Origin: Felis catus
Lineage: Eukaryota
Reading direction: 5' to 3'
DNA: 64,000 bases
NCBI RefSeq assembly: GCF_018350175.1
Contig: NC_058369.1
Coordinates: forward strand, 9,736,001 to 9,800,000
Shown here: one piece after another, positions 15,258-32,640 of the stretch
Position numbering within the stretch: the stretch's first letter is position 1
How the letters are laid out: every line of letters starts with the position of its first letter
Program-made: the position numbers and the translations under genes
Notes under the pieces: generated by a model
Told to the model about the DNA's origin: nothing
What the model saw: the letters and a program-made list of their open reading frames with translations, nothing else
The model's database searches: none

Positions 15258-16406
15258 TGAGGGCTGAGGCTATTTCTAGATCCTAGGTGGAGGGCCACTA
15301 TGGGGATTGGGGTAGAGGTGGAGACAGTGATGAAAAGCCCTAGACCTCAGGCTTTGAGTCCACTTGGGGGTGGGTACGGGATTCTGAGCTAAAGGCAAAG
15401 GTGGTCCTGGAGTCCTCAGGCAGGACGCTCCTGAGGCAGGCGTCAAGGAGCGATTGTAAACAAGAAGGAGGGTAAGTTTCAGACCTCAGGCAGAGGGACC
15501 TGGTGATGCTTTAGGGCCAAGGTTTAGAGCCAAAGGTGAGAATGATCCTAGACCTCAGGACACAGGGGCTAGGTGAGGGTTGGAGGCAAAGGTCTAGAGC
15601 CAGAGGTGAGAAGGAGCCTTGGACCTCAGGCAGAGGGACTCGGGGGAGCTCTCATCAGAGGTCTGGCGGTCTCAGACCTAAGGCATCGAGGCTTGGGTGG
15701 GGGCCTAGAGTAGAAGCTTGAGATCAGCTGTGAGGGGTGGTCTTAGGCCTCAGGCAGTGGGGTCCAGGTGAGGGTAGGGGGCAGAGGTTTAGAAGTAGAG
15801 AGGATTCTAGACCCCAGGCAACGGGGCTCAGGAGCGGACAAGTAGAGGTCGAGCCCGAAAGGGGGTAAGCCCTGGAAAGCTAAACCTCTCGTGTGGGAGC
15901 ACCGCTTCTCCTAACTGGAGGCAGGGGCTTGGCCAAGACGGTCCTCCCTGAACCCGGGCAGCCTGGAGGCCCCCTTGCCTGGACATGGCCCAGCCCACCC
16001 CAGGCTCGGCCATCTTCAGCCGGTATGAGGAAGCCACTGTTTCTGTGCCACTGTCTCTCTGCGTGACGCAGCCAGGGCCGGCTGGGGCCTGAGCTGCCCA
16101 ACCAGTTGGATAAGCCCGGCATCTGGGCTCCCCAGGGGCCAGGGAGGGGCAGGGGGTGATGGGATGACCTGGCCCCTCCCCTGCCACATCGGCCCCTCAC
16201 CCCCAAGTGTCATAGGCCTCTGTCATCTTCCCAGGAAGTTACAGGGCCCCCGGAGCCCAGGCTGTATCCACGGTAACCCAAGGGCCGAGAAAACCACCTT
16301 CAACGTCATCATTATAATATTCTTCAGAATTAGAACAGGAGCGAGCATTTATTTAGGACTTACTATATACCCACAGTGAGTGTTCTAAACATTTACCAAG
16401 CACTAG

Positions 16407-17057
<651 letters not shown>

Positions 17058-17499
17058 TAGGTCCCCCGGATCCTTGAGTCGGGGTGGGGAGCCATGGCCT
17101 GAAGTCAAGGTCACACACCCAGTTAAGTGCAGATCCTGGATCTGACCCCGGGCAGATGAGTGAATGGTTGGAAATCAGCCAACCGGGAGATTCAGCCCCC
17201 GGGTGGGGGTGCGCCAAGATCACAGGAGCAGGCCTGCGTGTGGGTAGGTGGAGGGCATGAAGGGTATGTGGACGTGGGTGGGTGTCGGGTGGGAGACAGA
17301 CCAGGAGGCGTTGTGAGCTCCGGGAGGGTTTGGAGCTACAGGGGGCTGGGAGAGGGTGGCGTAGGATGGACGGTAGGGAGATGGATGGGCCATTGGGAAT
17401 GGTGGGGTGTTGGGTGAGCGAATGATCATGTAGGATGGTGGGTGAATGGGGAGTGGGTGGTATTGACCGCATCGGTGAGGGGGGATGGGCTTTGATTAG

Positions 17500-18076
<577 letters not shown>

Positions 18077-18224
18077 TGAATCCTTCCTCTGCTCATTTGC
18101 CCCTCTGATGTAAGAGGCACTGTACCGGGTGCTGGGGCTGCAGTAGAAAACAAAGGTTAAATACCTGCCCTCTTGGAGCTGACACTAAACACTGTAAAAT
18201 CCTATCAAATACTACCAACCCCTC

Positions 18225-18793
18225 TGACCACACCTTTTCCGTAAGGGCGACTGTCTGTGGCTTTGGCTTTGCGGGGCACTGGTCTCTGTCACAGCTTCAG
18301 GGTTTTTGTTTGTTTGTTTGTTTTAAATTTTTTTCAACGTTTTTTATTTATTTTTGGGACAGAGAGAGACAGAGCATGAACGGGGGAGGGGCAGAGAGAG
18401 AGGGAGACACAGAATCGGAAACAGGCTCCAGGCTCCGAGCCATCAGCCCAGAGCCCGACGCGGGGCTCGAACTCACGGACCGCGAGATCGTGACCTGGCT
18501 GAAGTCGGACGCTTAACCGACTGCGCCACCCAGGCGCCCCCACAGCTTCAGTTTTGACCGTTGTCGTGGAAAAGTAGCCCCTGACATATCACCAGATGGG
18601 CGTGGCAACGTCCCAATACAGTTTTGTTTACAGCGCCTATTTATGTGAATTTCACGTAATTTTCACAGGTCCCAAAATCTTCTGATTTATTTTTCCCTTG
18701 CCATTTGAAAACATGGTCAGTCGTAGCTCGCGGGCCGTTCAGACCAGGTGGCAGGTTCGATTTTATCCACGGGCGGTAGTTTGCTGACCCCTG
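18225..18793. mobile_element. MER58B-like hAT element interrupted by a SINE
   Basis: Ends ...tagtttgctgacccctg; internal gaatttcacgtaattttcac motif. Confidence 0.65.
18303..18540 (-). mobile_element. Young SINEC_Fc with TSD
   Basis: Near-consensus with CpGs intact; TSD cacagcttcag at 18290-18300 and 18541-18551. Confidence 0.93.
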
Positions 18794-18893
18794 TAAACAG
18801 ATGGTGATAAGTGCTATAGGGAAAAAAAAAAAAAAAAACAGCAAGAGGAAGAGTCTGGGTTCCAGTCCTGACTTCCCAGCTGTGTGACCTTGA

Positions 18894-19409
<516 letters not shown>

Positions 19410-19811
19410 TGAGTCACAGGAAGTGAAACGTTTAAGGCGCCTATAGTTCTGGGCTGCTCTCCTGGCCATGGAGGCAGGGGTGGGGGGACAGAGAGAAAAG
19501 GAAAAAGCTATTGAGAAGAGAGAGACAGGTAGAGTCAAGATGGAGGGACGGAGGAAGAGAGAGAGGAGAAAGCGAGGAATGGGGGTGGGGGTAGAGACGG
19601 AGAGAGAAAGAGGAATGGAGTCCAGGGAAGGGGCAGGACGGACAGAGAGACCAGTGGACAGTTATTCCACCTCCATTGTCCATTGGCATGAAGGGCTGTA
19701 ACAGCTCCTCCAACAGAGCCATCACTGAGCCCAGAGTCCAGTCAGGGGAGCTGGCCTCAGCCCCGAGTGCTAGGCCCCCTTACCAGGCCATGTTGGACGC
19801 CTCTCCCGCAG

Positions 19812-20168
19812 GCCCAGAGGAGGAGGAGGAAGAGGAGGTGGGGGCTAGAGGTTCCCGCCACACCGTCTTCGGCCGCGCCCTGCAGGCTGGGTCGCTGCAC
19901 TGGAGCGACACTCACCTGCAGAGGATCCTGGCCAGCGACTCCTACGGCCCCAGCCTCACAGGCACCATGGGCGGTGAAAAGCCAACCTTTGACCCCCAGG
20001 GCCGCCCACTGTGGCTGGGTGAGCCCTTCCCCACCGCATGCGCCCGTGTGGACACCCTGCGTGCCCATGGATACCCCCGTCAGGCCCTGCGGCTGGCAGG
20101 GGCCATAGTCAACTCACTCCGGCTACAGCGACGGCATCAGCTTGAAAGCTACAAGCAGCAGAAAAAAG
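19812..20168 (+). CDS. ZSWIM4: ZSWIM4 coding exon 7
   Basis: GPEEEEEEEV...PFPTACARVDTLRAHGYPRQALRLA...QQKK. Confidence 0.92.
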
Positions 20169-20752
20169 GTGGGTGCCACGACTGTCACACTACCCTGGGG
20201 CTCTAGACACAAATGCCAACTGCTGGGCACTGTGGCAACCCTGACATCTGTGGGTACCGCTCGGGGTCCCGCCGGGAAAGCCAGACCAGCCGAAGGTGTC
20301 GGGAACCGGAAAGAATTTAATACAGGGGATTGAGGCCTCACAAAACTACCGGAGGGGCTGCAGCATTAAGAGTCAGGGATACCACTGCTTAGGTTCAAGA
20401 ACCTGAACTTCCGAAGTACAGGGATTACCGCAAACTGCTGACATTGAGCTCAGCAGCCTGTGGCTGCACTGTGGGCTGCGTCCAGGAGGACACTCGGAAC
20501 CTTCTGGCAAGCCCTTGTGTCTGTGCCCTGCACAGTCACACACCTGCTCATGGAGGCTGCAGAAGAGCCTCGTCCTTTCCCAGCCTCTGCACCTCACGCA
20601 AAGGAGCCTGGGACTTGTAGTTTCTAAGCTTCCAGCTCCCGTGGAACAGGATGGGTGCACCAGCCACAAGTCTTTCAGGAACGTGGACCCGGTGTGCCCA
20701 GAGTTTCAAGACAGGCCAGAAATCTGGATTGTATGATGTGCAAATTTACTGA

Positions 20753-21399
20753 TTTTTTTTTTAACGTTTATTTGTTATTGAGAGACAGAGAGATAGCGCA
20801 TGAGCAGGGGAGGGACAGAGAGAGAGGGAGACACAGAATCTGAAGCAGCCTCCAGGCTCCGAGCTGTCAGCACAGAGCCCGACGCGGGGCTCGAACTCAC
20901 GAACCGCAAGATTACAACCTGAGCCAAAGTCGATCGCTTAACGGACTGAGCCACTCGGGCACCCCTGATTTTTTTTTTAAGTTTATTCATTTGGGGGATG
21001 GAGACAGTGAGTGGAGGGGGCGGTGGGGAGGCAAAGAGAGAGAATCCGAAGCAGGTTCCACGCTGATCCTGGTGCAGGACTCAAACTCACCAACAGTGAG
21101 ATCATGACCTGAGTCGAATTTGGACGCTTAACCAACTGAGCCACCCACGTGCTCCAATTTACTGAAAAAAAATTTTTTTTTTTTAATTTTTTTTTTCAAC
21201 GTTTATTTATTTTTGGGACAGAGAGAGACAGAGCATGAACGGGGGAGGGGCAGAGAGAGAGGGAGACACAGAATCAGAAACAGGCTCCAGGCTCTGAGCC
21301 ATCAGCCCAGAGCCTGACGCGGGGCTCAAACTCACGGACCGCGAGATCGTGACCTGGCTGAAGTCGGTCGCTTAACCGACTGCGCCACCCAGGCGCCCC
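20753..21399 (-). mobile_element. Three stacked Can-SINEs inside a MER102-like element
   Basis: SINEs at ~20753-20965, 20968-21155 and 21170-21399; repeated target aatttactga. Confidence 0.88.
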
Positions 21400-21812
21400 T
21401 CAATTTACTGAAATTTTTAAACATGGGCACCAAATTCAAATTCGTATTAGGGGGACCAAAAAAAGCCACAGTGTATGGGCCAAAAAAAGAACATGTTTGT
21501 GGACTGGCTATGGGGAGGCAGGAGGGCAACTTATCAGGAAATTGAGCCCAGGGTATAACGGGAACCTGGGGGATCTGGGACCCCGGCAGAGTTCTGGCCT
21601 GGCCTAGAGGCACAGAGAAACCCCGCCCCGCCGCAGAACCACTGAGAGCTGTACATCTTAGGGATGTATTGTGGTTTTCCAGGGGAACAGGAGGGAGAAG
21701 AACAACATGGGCAGGATCCCAGAGGCAGGAGTGGGAGGAGATCGGAGAATGGGCTTTCGGATGGGGCAGGTGGCCACGTGGGGTCGGGACAGCTGGGTGA
21801 GATGGAAAATGA

Positions 21813-22124
<312 letters not shown>

Positions 22125-22295
22125 TAGACTCCGCTTCTGCTGACCGCGAGGCCACCATAGACCTACGTGTCTGCTGGTGGGAAGTGTCTGGTTAGAGCTG
22201 GGAGCTGCTGGGTTCCCCCTAAACCTAAGCCCCCAGGCCCCCCCGCTTGAGGTGAAGAGCCGCTGGGGTCCCAGGAAGCGGGTCCTGAAACCTGA

Positions 22296-22601
<306 letters not shown>

Positions 22602-23106
22602 TGAAGGCGGGGTCCCTCCCCCCACCTGCGGTGGTCGGTTGCTGCCGGATCTCGAGACCCGGCTCTCGGCCCTCGTAGTTCGCTCCCAGCTCGGCAGGCA
22701 GCGCCTGAAAGGTGAGATCCGGCCCTTGGCCCTGCTCCCGAGAAAGTTCCGGCAGCCAGTAGCCGCTGTGGCCTCTGAGGCGCTGCCCCTCTCCCACCCT
22801 GGAGCCGAGGAGCCTGGTCCCTGATGCCCAGCTGGACTTCAGTGGCTCTGCCCGTGGCCCTGCCTTCTGAGGCCCCCACCCGCCCCTGGAGCGAGTGCGG
22901 CCCCGTCTCGTATCTGAGTCCTGCCTCCTACCAACGGGGAGGCCGGGTCTCCTCTTCGGACTCTCCGGCGCTTTTCTGACTCGGCCCTGCACCCCCATCT
23001 CCGGGACCTCTTTAACCCCCCGCCCCTGCCCCTCTGTCCTGGGTCCAGCCTACCCCCTACTCAGAGCCTGGGGAGGGGCGGAGACGAGCCCTCACCTGGG
23101 GGCTGA

Positions 23107-23262
<156 letters not shown>

Positions 23263-23659
23263 TGAGAAGGGGCGGCTGGGGACTGGCCCAGGGGACTGGG
23301 GGCCAGACTGGAGGGTGAGAGGCGCCCTTGGAGCCCCGTCCTCCCGCCTGAACTCACAGCCTGCTTTATTCAGTCTCCCTCACGTTGGCAGCCCGGTTGC
23401 CCTGTGCTTTTGATTATTAAATATGCATGGGTGTTAAGATCTTGAATTTGAGAGATACCCACACGGCACAGAATTGAGTCCTTTTCTAGACATTTTTGTC
23501 CCGACCTACCCAAATCTCTTCCGAGGCAAGCCGTGTCACCACTTTCTGCTTATCTAACCCACAAGAATCAAGATCTCGGCAAACCCATGGTCTGGAAATT
23601 GAAAGTTGGTCTTCCTTTTACACCCGTGATGCATCCTGTATCTCTTTCTTGCACCTGCA

Positions 23660-23840
23660 CCTTTTTTTTTCTTTTAGAGAAAAAGTGCCTGCAGGGGAGG
23701 GCAGAGGGAGGGTGAAAGAGAGAGAGGGGGCGAGGGGAATCTCAGGCAGGCTCCACGCTCAGCCTGACATGGGGCTTGATCTCATGACCTGAGCCAAAAT
23801 CCAGAGTTGGATACAACTGACTGAGCCACCCGGGAGCCCC
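23660..23840 (-). mobile_element. Can-SINE
   Basis: Reverse head ctgagccacccgggagcccc and poly-T tail. Confidence 0.8.
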
Positions 23841-23987
23841 AGCGGAATTTTTAGAGGCCCTCTGTGTCCTAAGCCATGCCCAACAAATAAAGTGCATTCT
23901 GTCCCCAATCTCAGACGATCCCATTTAGGGTGCATCTTTCCAGAATATTTGGAAAGAATCATCTCTGAAGAGCTGTGGATATCTAAG

Positions 23988-24311
23988 CAGGACCCAGCAA
24001 ATTAACAGCCCACGGGCCAGATTCGGCCTGCCACCTGTTACCGTACAACCCAGGAGACGAGAATGGCTTTTACATTTTTAAGTGTTTGAAAATAAAAGAA
24101 TATTCTGTGACCCATGGAAAGTATACGAAACTCAAGTTTCAGTGTCCAGCAGTAAAGTTTTATTGGCACGCAGCCACGCCCATTCATTTATGTATCGTCT
24201 GTGGCTAATTTACGTGGCAGTGGCAGAGTCGTTGGGACAGGGACCAAATGGCCTGCACAGCCAAAAACACCGGCTGTCCAGACTCGTGCAAAGAAACGGT
24301 GCCGGTCCCTG
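23988..24311. mobile_element. MER58B-like hAT element
   Basis: cagg...cagcaaa...agcccacgggcca...taaagttttattgg...cagccacgcccattcattt...ccctg. Confidence 0.7.
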
Positions 24312-24693
24312 GTCCAAATCCATGGCTCACGTCACCTCGTGTAATCTTAACAACCTAGAGAAATAAGTATGTTGACCCCCATCTTAAAGTGTGTCCAGAG
24401 TCACATGTTGAGGAAACTTCAGTAATATTTGAAACCAGAATAGTCTTGACTCCTCTTCCGTGCTGTTGATCCCATCTGACAACTTAGAAGGACTTTCTAA
24501 ATATAAACCGCATCTATAGGGAGTGAGCCGGTTAACAGTGTGTCGTAGTGGGCACGTAAAGTCCTCCCCCAAACATTTGTGTGCTCAGCATTGTTCTGGC
24601 TGCTGGATATGCAGCAGTGAGTAAAATAGTTACAAATGCCCGCCTTCACGGAGCTGAGGTTTTGGGGTGGGAGAGACAATCAAGAAATTAATA

Positions 24694-24875
24694 GGGGGGC
24701 CCGGGTGGCTGAGTCGATTTAAGCATCCGATTCCTGATTTCAGCTCAGGTCATGATCTCCCCATTTGTGAGATCAGGCCCCGTGTCAGGCTCTGCCCTGA
24801 CAGCATGAAGCCTGCTTGGAATTCTCTCTCTCTCAAAACAAATAAACTTCAAAATTAAAAAAAAAAAAAAAAGAA
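24694..24875 (+). mobile_element. Can-SINE
   Basis: Head and A tail; flanked by aagaaattaatag TSD. Confidence 0.88.
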
Positions 24876-25237
24876 ATTAATAGTGAACTATATTGTGTGT
24901 CAGATGTGACCTATAGCAAAGAAGCCCTGGGAGAAGTTGGGAGTGGGAAGTTCACACGGTGTGGGGGGGGGGGGTCCACAGAAGAGCCCACTGAAAAATA
25001 TTTGAGCAAAGACTTGAGGGAGGTGAGGAAGAAGCCGTAAGGATGTCTGGGGAAGAGTGTTCCAGGCAGAGGGAGCAGCATGTGCAAAGGCCCTGAGGTC
25101 GGACTGTGCTTCATTGTATTTGAGGGACATTGAGGGGAACAGTACCTGGAACAGAGTAGGGGTGACAGAAAGGCTAACAGGGGCCACATCAGGACACAAA
25201 TAACCTCACATTTTTATTGGCCCTGGCATATGAATAG

Positions 25238-25660
<423 letters not shown>

Positions 25661-25794
25661 TGATGTTACGTTCTAGTGGGGGCAGGCAGACCACGCGCAA
25701 GGTAAACAGTTATGTTACTCAGTAAGCAAGAGAGTAAGAGGTGCCTAAAGCAGGCTAATACTTAAGCCAAGAGGCCTGAGCTACGGCCGCTATC

Positions 25795-26135
25795 TGCTCT
25801 CCGAGTCACCGGGAGCCTCCATGACAGAACCACAGACCAGGGGGCTCAAACAACAGACGTTTATTTTCTCACGGCTCTGGGGGCTGGAAGTCCGAGATCA
25901 GGGTGCCAGCCTGGTCGGTTCCCAGTGAGGACTCTCTTCCTGGCTTGCAGACGGCCACCTTCCTGTTGTGTCTTCCCTTGGCAGAGAAAGAGCTCCAATT
26001 TCTTCCTCTTCTCAGGAGGACACTGATGCCCTCACGGTGCCCTACCCTCAGGACCCAGTGCCTCCGGAAGTCCCCACCCCCAGATACCATCATCCTGGGG
26101 ATCCGGGCTTCACCATGAATCTGGGGAGGGTGCAG
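25795..26135 (-). mobile_element. MLT1-type (ERVL-MaLR) LTR
   Basis: aaacaacaga..tttattttctcac.g.tctgg.ggctggaagtccgagatcagggtgccagc signature. Confidence 0.8.
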
Positions 26136-26685
26136 TCCAGGCCTGGAGAGCATTCCAGGCAGAGGGAATAGCCAGTTCAAAGGCTCTGAGGCTAGATTGT
26201 GCCTGGTATGTTTGAGGAACAGAGGAGGCCCGTGTGGCCGAAAGTGGAGTGACAGAATTGTAGGATCGGGGCCGGTGATAATAACAGCAATAAAAGCTCA
26301 CATTTCTATAGCTCTTGCCCTGTTAAAGCTTTTCAAGTGTCGGCTCCCCATCCCGTGAGGCAGGTACCATAGTGTTAGTTTAACCCATTTTACAGATGGG
26401 GCAGCCAAGGCACAGAAAGGTGGAGTGCCTTGCTCAGCATCACACAGCTAGTGAATGGCAAGGCAGGGATTGGGACCCTGGTGCTCTGGGTCCAGAATCA
26501 ATGCCCTTGACAATTAGGGGTCCTTTTGTGGCTTTGTCCCGCTGGGTGAAGGAGTACCAAGAGTGGTCTGGATCTTTACGGAACCACTGCCGGGTGCTTC
26601 TCCCTCCTCACACGGGTGCACCTAGTGGGGAGGAAGCTGTGTGAACAGGTCAGGCGGCAGCAGGGTCTGGTGCCAGGTGTGCTGA

Positions 26686-27015
<330 letters not shown>

Positions 27016-27994
27016 TGAGTGAGGGACTCTGTGGCAGAGTCTGAAGGTGACAGTCCACTTCTGGAGGTGTGACTGAGGACAAGGATGCGGGTCCCGGGTC
27101 CCGCAGGTGAGCCGGTGGGCCACAAAAAGCAGCAGAGCCCAGGGTGCTGGGCTTGGGGTGGGGCCTGGGGCTGGTGTGCTCGCGGCTAGGGCCCCTGGGT
27201 GGGCGGGGCTGAAGCTGAGGGAGCAGAGCCAATAAGGAGCCTGCTTGGGGGCGGGGCTTGCTGGGAACCGGCCTGGAAGGAAAGGTCACCGCGGAGGGGG
27301 CGGGGCCCGGGGGAGGGTCCTGAAGGTGAGGAGCCACCTCTGAGTCTGAGGTCTTCGAGGCCGGGCCTGCGAGTTGGGGCCGTCCCCAGGGGCCGCCCGG
27401 GCAAGGGCTGTCCTGCTGGGGCAAGTCAGAGGCCAGCAGGGGTGCAGCTTGGAGGTGAGGAGTCAAAAGCAGGGTGTGGGACCCGGAGGGGGCGGGGCCT
27501 CAGAGTGCTTGCGAAGTAAAATAGGAGGATAGGGAACAGTTGGGGGCAGGCTTGCAGGATGGGGTGGGACCTTCCCAGAACTGGCAAGCAGGGGGCTGCA
27601 GAAGGCGGGATTAGCCCCGAACAGAACAGAACAACCTCCTGTGGGGGAGTGGAGCCATGGCAGGGGGTATGTGGGAGGTGAGAGCAGGGAGGGGTCCCTT
27701 AGAGAGGTGACACACTGTTTAGGAGCCTTCAGAAGGCAGAGCTCCCAGACAGGACCTGGGGAGGGAGCCGGGGGGAGAGGCAAGCAGGGAAGGTGGGACT
27801 TGTGGGGCAGGTGCTTTGGGCCTCCAGGGGGAAATCTGACAGGAGCATGGAACTTTCTAGAGAGAAGGGGCAGGTTGGTTGGTTGTCTGGGGTGGGCTCC
27901 GTGGGGCCTCAGAATAACACCAACAATAACAGTAACAGTAATGGCTGGCATTGGGCTGAGCGCTTTGAAGCAACCAGTACTGTGCAGGAGCTTT

Positions 27995-28209
27995 TTATTT
28001 TTTGTGTGTTTTTATTATTTCAATTTTTGAGAGAGAGAGACAGCATGAGCAGGGGTGGGGCAGAGAGAGGAGGAGATACAGGATCCGAAGCAGGCTCCAG
28101 GCTCCAAGCTCTCAGCACAGAGCCCCACGCAGGGCTTGAACCCCAAACTGCGGGATCATGACGTGAGCTGAGGTTGGACGCTTCACCGACTGAGCCACCC
28201 AGGCGCCCC
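27995..28209 (-). mobile_element. Can-SINE
   Basis: Reverse head gagccacccaggcgcccc. Confidence 0.88.
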
Positions 28210-28333
28210 TTTAATCCCCATTTTATAGACGAGGAAACTAAGGCCCCGGGAGGCAAGGCCACGTGTCCAGATTGTGTGGCTCACTGACTCAGCCCTTAAC
28301 TTCCGAGTCTCCTGGGCCCCTCAGGATCCCTGA

Positions 28334-29705
<1,372 letters not shown>

Positions 29706-31738
29706 GGGGCTGCGGCCCCCTTCACCCCTGCCTCCGCGGCACCAGCGCCCCATCCAGGGCCTCGGCGCTGGAGGCCCACGTGGCGTTTCAGTATTAAGTC
29801 AGGGAAGGAGCCCGGCCGCAGCTAGGAGATCTTGCCTGCCATCCCCTGGAGGCCTGCTGGGGGGGGGGGGGGGGGGGAGGCAGGGGGGTGACTTCCTGCC
29901 ACACGCGTGCCTAGGAGTGTGCAAGTGAGTGCGAGACGTGAGGATCAGAAGCCATACCGCCACCCAGGGGCCCGGAAGGGGGTGTGTGCTTGGGCAGCCG
30001 GTATGACCCCGCCTTGGGCACCCCAAAAGCAATAGGCAAGCTCTCCCTCCCCAGACAGGCAGGCCTGGCTTGGACTGGGGGTGGGGGTGGGAGCTTCGAG
30101 GCAGGACATTCCAGAAAGTGGCTCTTAAAGCCAGCGTAGCAGACCGCCCCACACCCCACTGTGGGTGGCCAGGGGACTCCTGTTAGGGCATCTAAATCTC
30201 CTTTTGTACCCTCCCCTCACTGCCTCAGGGGCCCCGTTCTGCATCCCAGGGCCTCCTCCAGGCTGCCCAGCTGGGACCAATGGCTCATTCCCACTGAAGG
30301 ATTTGAAGAGGCCTCAGGCCTCAGCCACATACCTCACCCCCTTCCGGCCAGGACTCCCATTCCCGAGGATGCCAAGGTCCCAGGGCAGGCTCAAGGGGTC
30401 ACTACTGTCCCTCCCCCTACCTGCTAGTCACTGGATACAACTCAGGAACTGAGCCAGGCTCACACTGTCCTCCAAACCTGGTGTGTGTGTGGGGAGGGGG
30501 GGGGAGACGAGCGCAGGAGAGCCAGGGACTCCCCGCCCCAGATCTGGAAAGGAGACAGGTTGGCATCCTGGCATTTCCGACTCTGGCTCTCTCTCTTTCT
30601 CCTGCTCTGTGTCCCTGCTCCTCCCCTCATCTTCCTCCCTCCCTTTCCCTATTTCCCTTCATTTAGCCTTTCTATTTGTGTCTCAATCTCAGCTGCTGAC
30701 TCTCTTGGGTCTCCCTTTCCCACCTTGGCCCAGGGAGGAAGAGGGAGAGTGTCCCAGACCAATCACCCCTTCTGTCTTTTCTCCTCTTGTAATTAAGGAC
30801 AAAATCATGTCATTTTGTAACTTTTTTTCTATTTATTGAACCGTATATTGTATTTCCTTTTTCCTTTTTTTTTTTTTTAATAACACAAAGTTTGAGACTG
30901 AGGTGTGTCCCCTACCCCCCTCCCCCGCCCCGAACCAAGACCACCTGATCCCTGGACAGAAAAACTCCAGCCTTGGCTGCTCCCGGCACAGCTTCAAGCG
31001 AGGGGTGGAATGGGCGTGCTTGCTGGTTTCGTCCGTTCGCAGTAGTGTAGATAATAGGGCTGAGAGCTGGGCAAGCCCCAAGAGGAGAGCTTTATACCTG
31101 TCACCTGTTACAACACGTGTCACAGTGGCCCTACGAGTCGGGAAGAATATCATTTCCGAGAATAGTGGGGTTCCAAAGCGTAAGGAAAGGCAGAGCCTGA
31201 TCAGTACCATGGTGAAGCCGCTGACCTTGCCCACCTCGGACACCATGGCCCTTGAACTGCTGGGAATGGCCACTAGGGGGTGCCCTGCCTCCAGACACCA
31301 ATGTTGGAAGTACTTGTCTCCAAGTTGCTGAAAGTGGGGACCCTGACAGGTGCTGGGTGCACCTGGGTGGGGGAGACACACACCAGACAGGAATCCGGGC
31401 CTCTACTCGTCCTTGGTGGGCGGGTTCTGGCGTCGGCGAGAAAAGCAGGTGGGTGTGGTCAGCGAGGGGCGCGGCCCGGGCGTGTCTGGATTCCTATGCC
31501 GCCGTGGAGGCTTCCAGTCCCCAAATGGAGTGAGCCGTCTGGGGGGCCGCAAAGAAGTCCTTCGGTTGCCTTCTTTCCCTAGTTCCCTGAGAAGCAGGAC
31601 GCCCCCCCCCCCCCCACCCCCGTCTTTAGGGTGTGGCGGATAGATGACCAAGTGTGTCTGGGTCACTGTCAGGGCCGGGGCAAGCGAGGACGGGCTTCGC
31701 GGCCAGGCGGGGTACAGAGCAGTGCTGGGTGGAGCTGA

Positions 31739-31921
31739 CCGCCAGAGGGCGCCGAGACAGCGCGCGCGGTCGTGGGCGGGGCATCGGCAGCGCTGGGCAC
31801 AGCGATTGGTTCGTGGCACTGCCCTCTGCCCGAGAGGGCCCATTGGAGACGGTCCCATCTGCCCCGCCTCCCCCGTTCCCGCAGGTATGTGCCGGCGTGT
31901 TCTTTTGCGCCGCCTAGAGGC
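31739..31921. promoter_or_regulatory. CTCF-like motif cluster
   Basis: CCGCCAGAGGGCGC at 31739-31752 (+); reverse-orientation matches at ~31817-31832 and 31907-31921. Confidence 0.55.
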
Positions 31922-32634
31922 GTGATTGAGGGTAGAGGGGGCAGGCTCGGTGCCGAGCATTTGCTTCACCCCTTACAGTCTCAGCTGCCTACAAATGCCG
32001 TCCTCGGACTTGGGGCTCCCTTCTTATGCCCCTCAGCTCTCAAAGTCATCCAAAAATGTCCCCCTTGGGCCCGGGGATTCCCTCGTAACCCCACGCACAC
32101 CTCAAGCACGGGTTCCCTGCTAGCATTCTCGGACGCCAGCAGGTCAAGTCTAACCTGAGGCCTGAATTCTCCCTTATCTCTCCGCCACCCCCAAATATCA
32201 CCAGCTCAAGACCCTCGGGCCCCAGCCATCTCTGAATGCCCAGCGTTTCCCTCGGGGTCACCCCCCCACTGCCACCTGAGGTTGGGTTCAATAGGCCCCG
32301 GGCTTGGGGTACTCCTCATCATAACCCCACCTAGATTCTTCCTAGAACAGCGCTCCCTGCCATTGCATCAGCCCTCCCCCACCCCGCCCCCATCCTAGGA
32401 CATCCCTCAAGGTCACCTTTCCAGCTTTCTCTGCCCTGTGTGACTAAACTTGCGACCTTCCTCACAACAGGTGGGACAGGCATAGGGATCCTGGGAAGTC
32501 AGGAGCTCAGGGTGCAGGGACAGTAAATTCAAGCCCATCGGTCCTCCCCACCTGAAAAGCCAAAACTCCAGCGACAGGAGGAAGGGAGTAAATCACAAAC
32601 TACCAGACCTTCAGGAATGAGGTAGGAGGCAGGT

Positions 32635-32640
32635 TTTATT
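32635..32640 (-). terminator. Candidate poly(A) signal of the miRNA host transcript
   Basis: TTTATT on + (AATAAA on -), about 820 nt downstream of pre-miR-24-2. Confidence 0.5.

Noticed and set aside
18310..18557. Recurrent similar peptides (e.g. MNGGGAEREGDTESETGSRL) at several loci
   Set aside because: Translations of SINEC_Fc copies, not a gene family.
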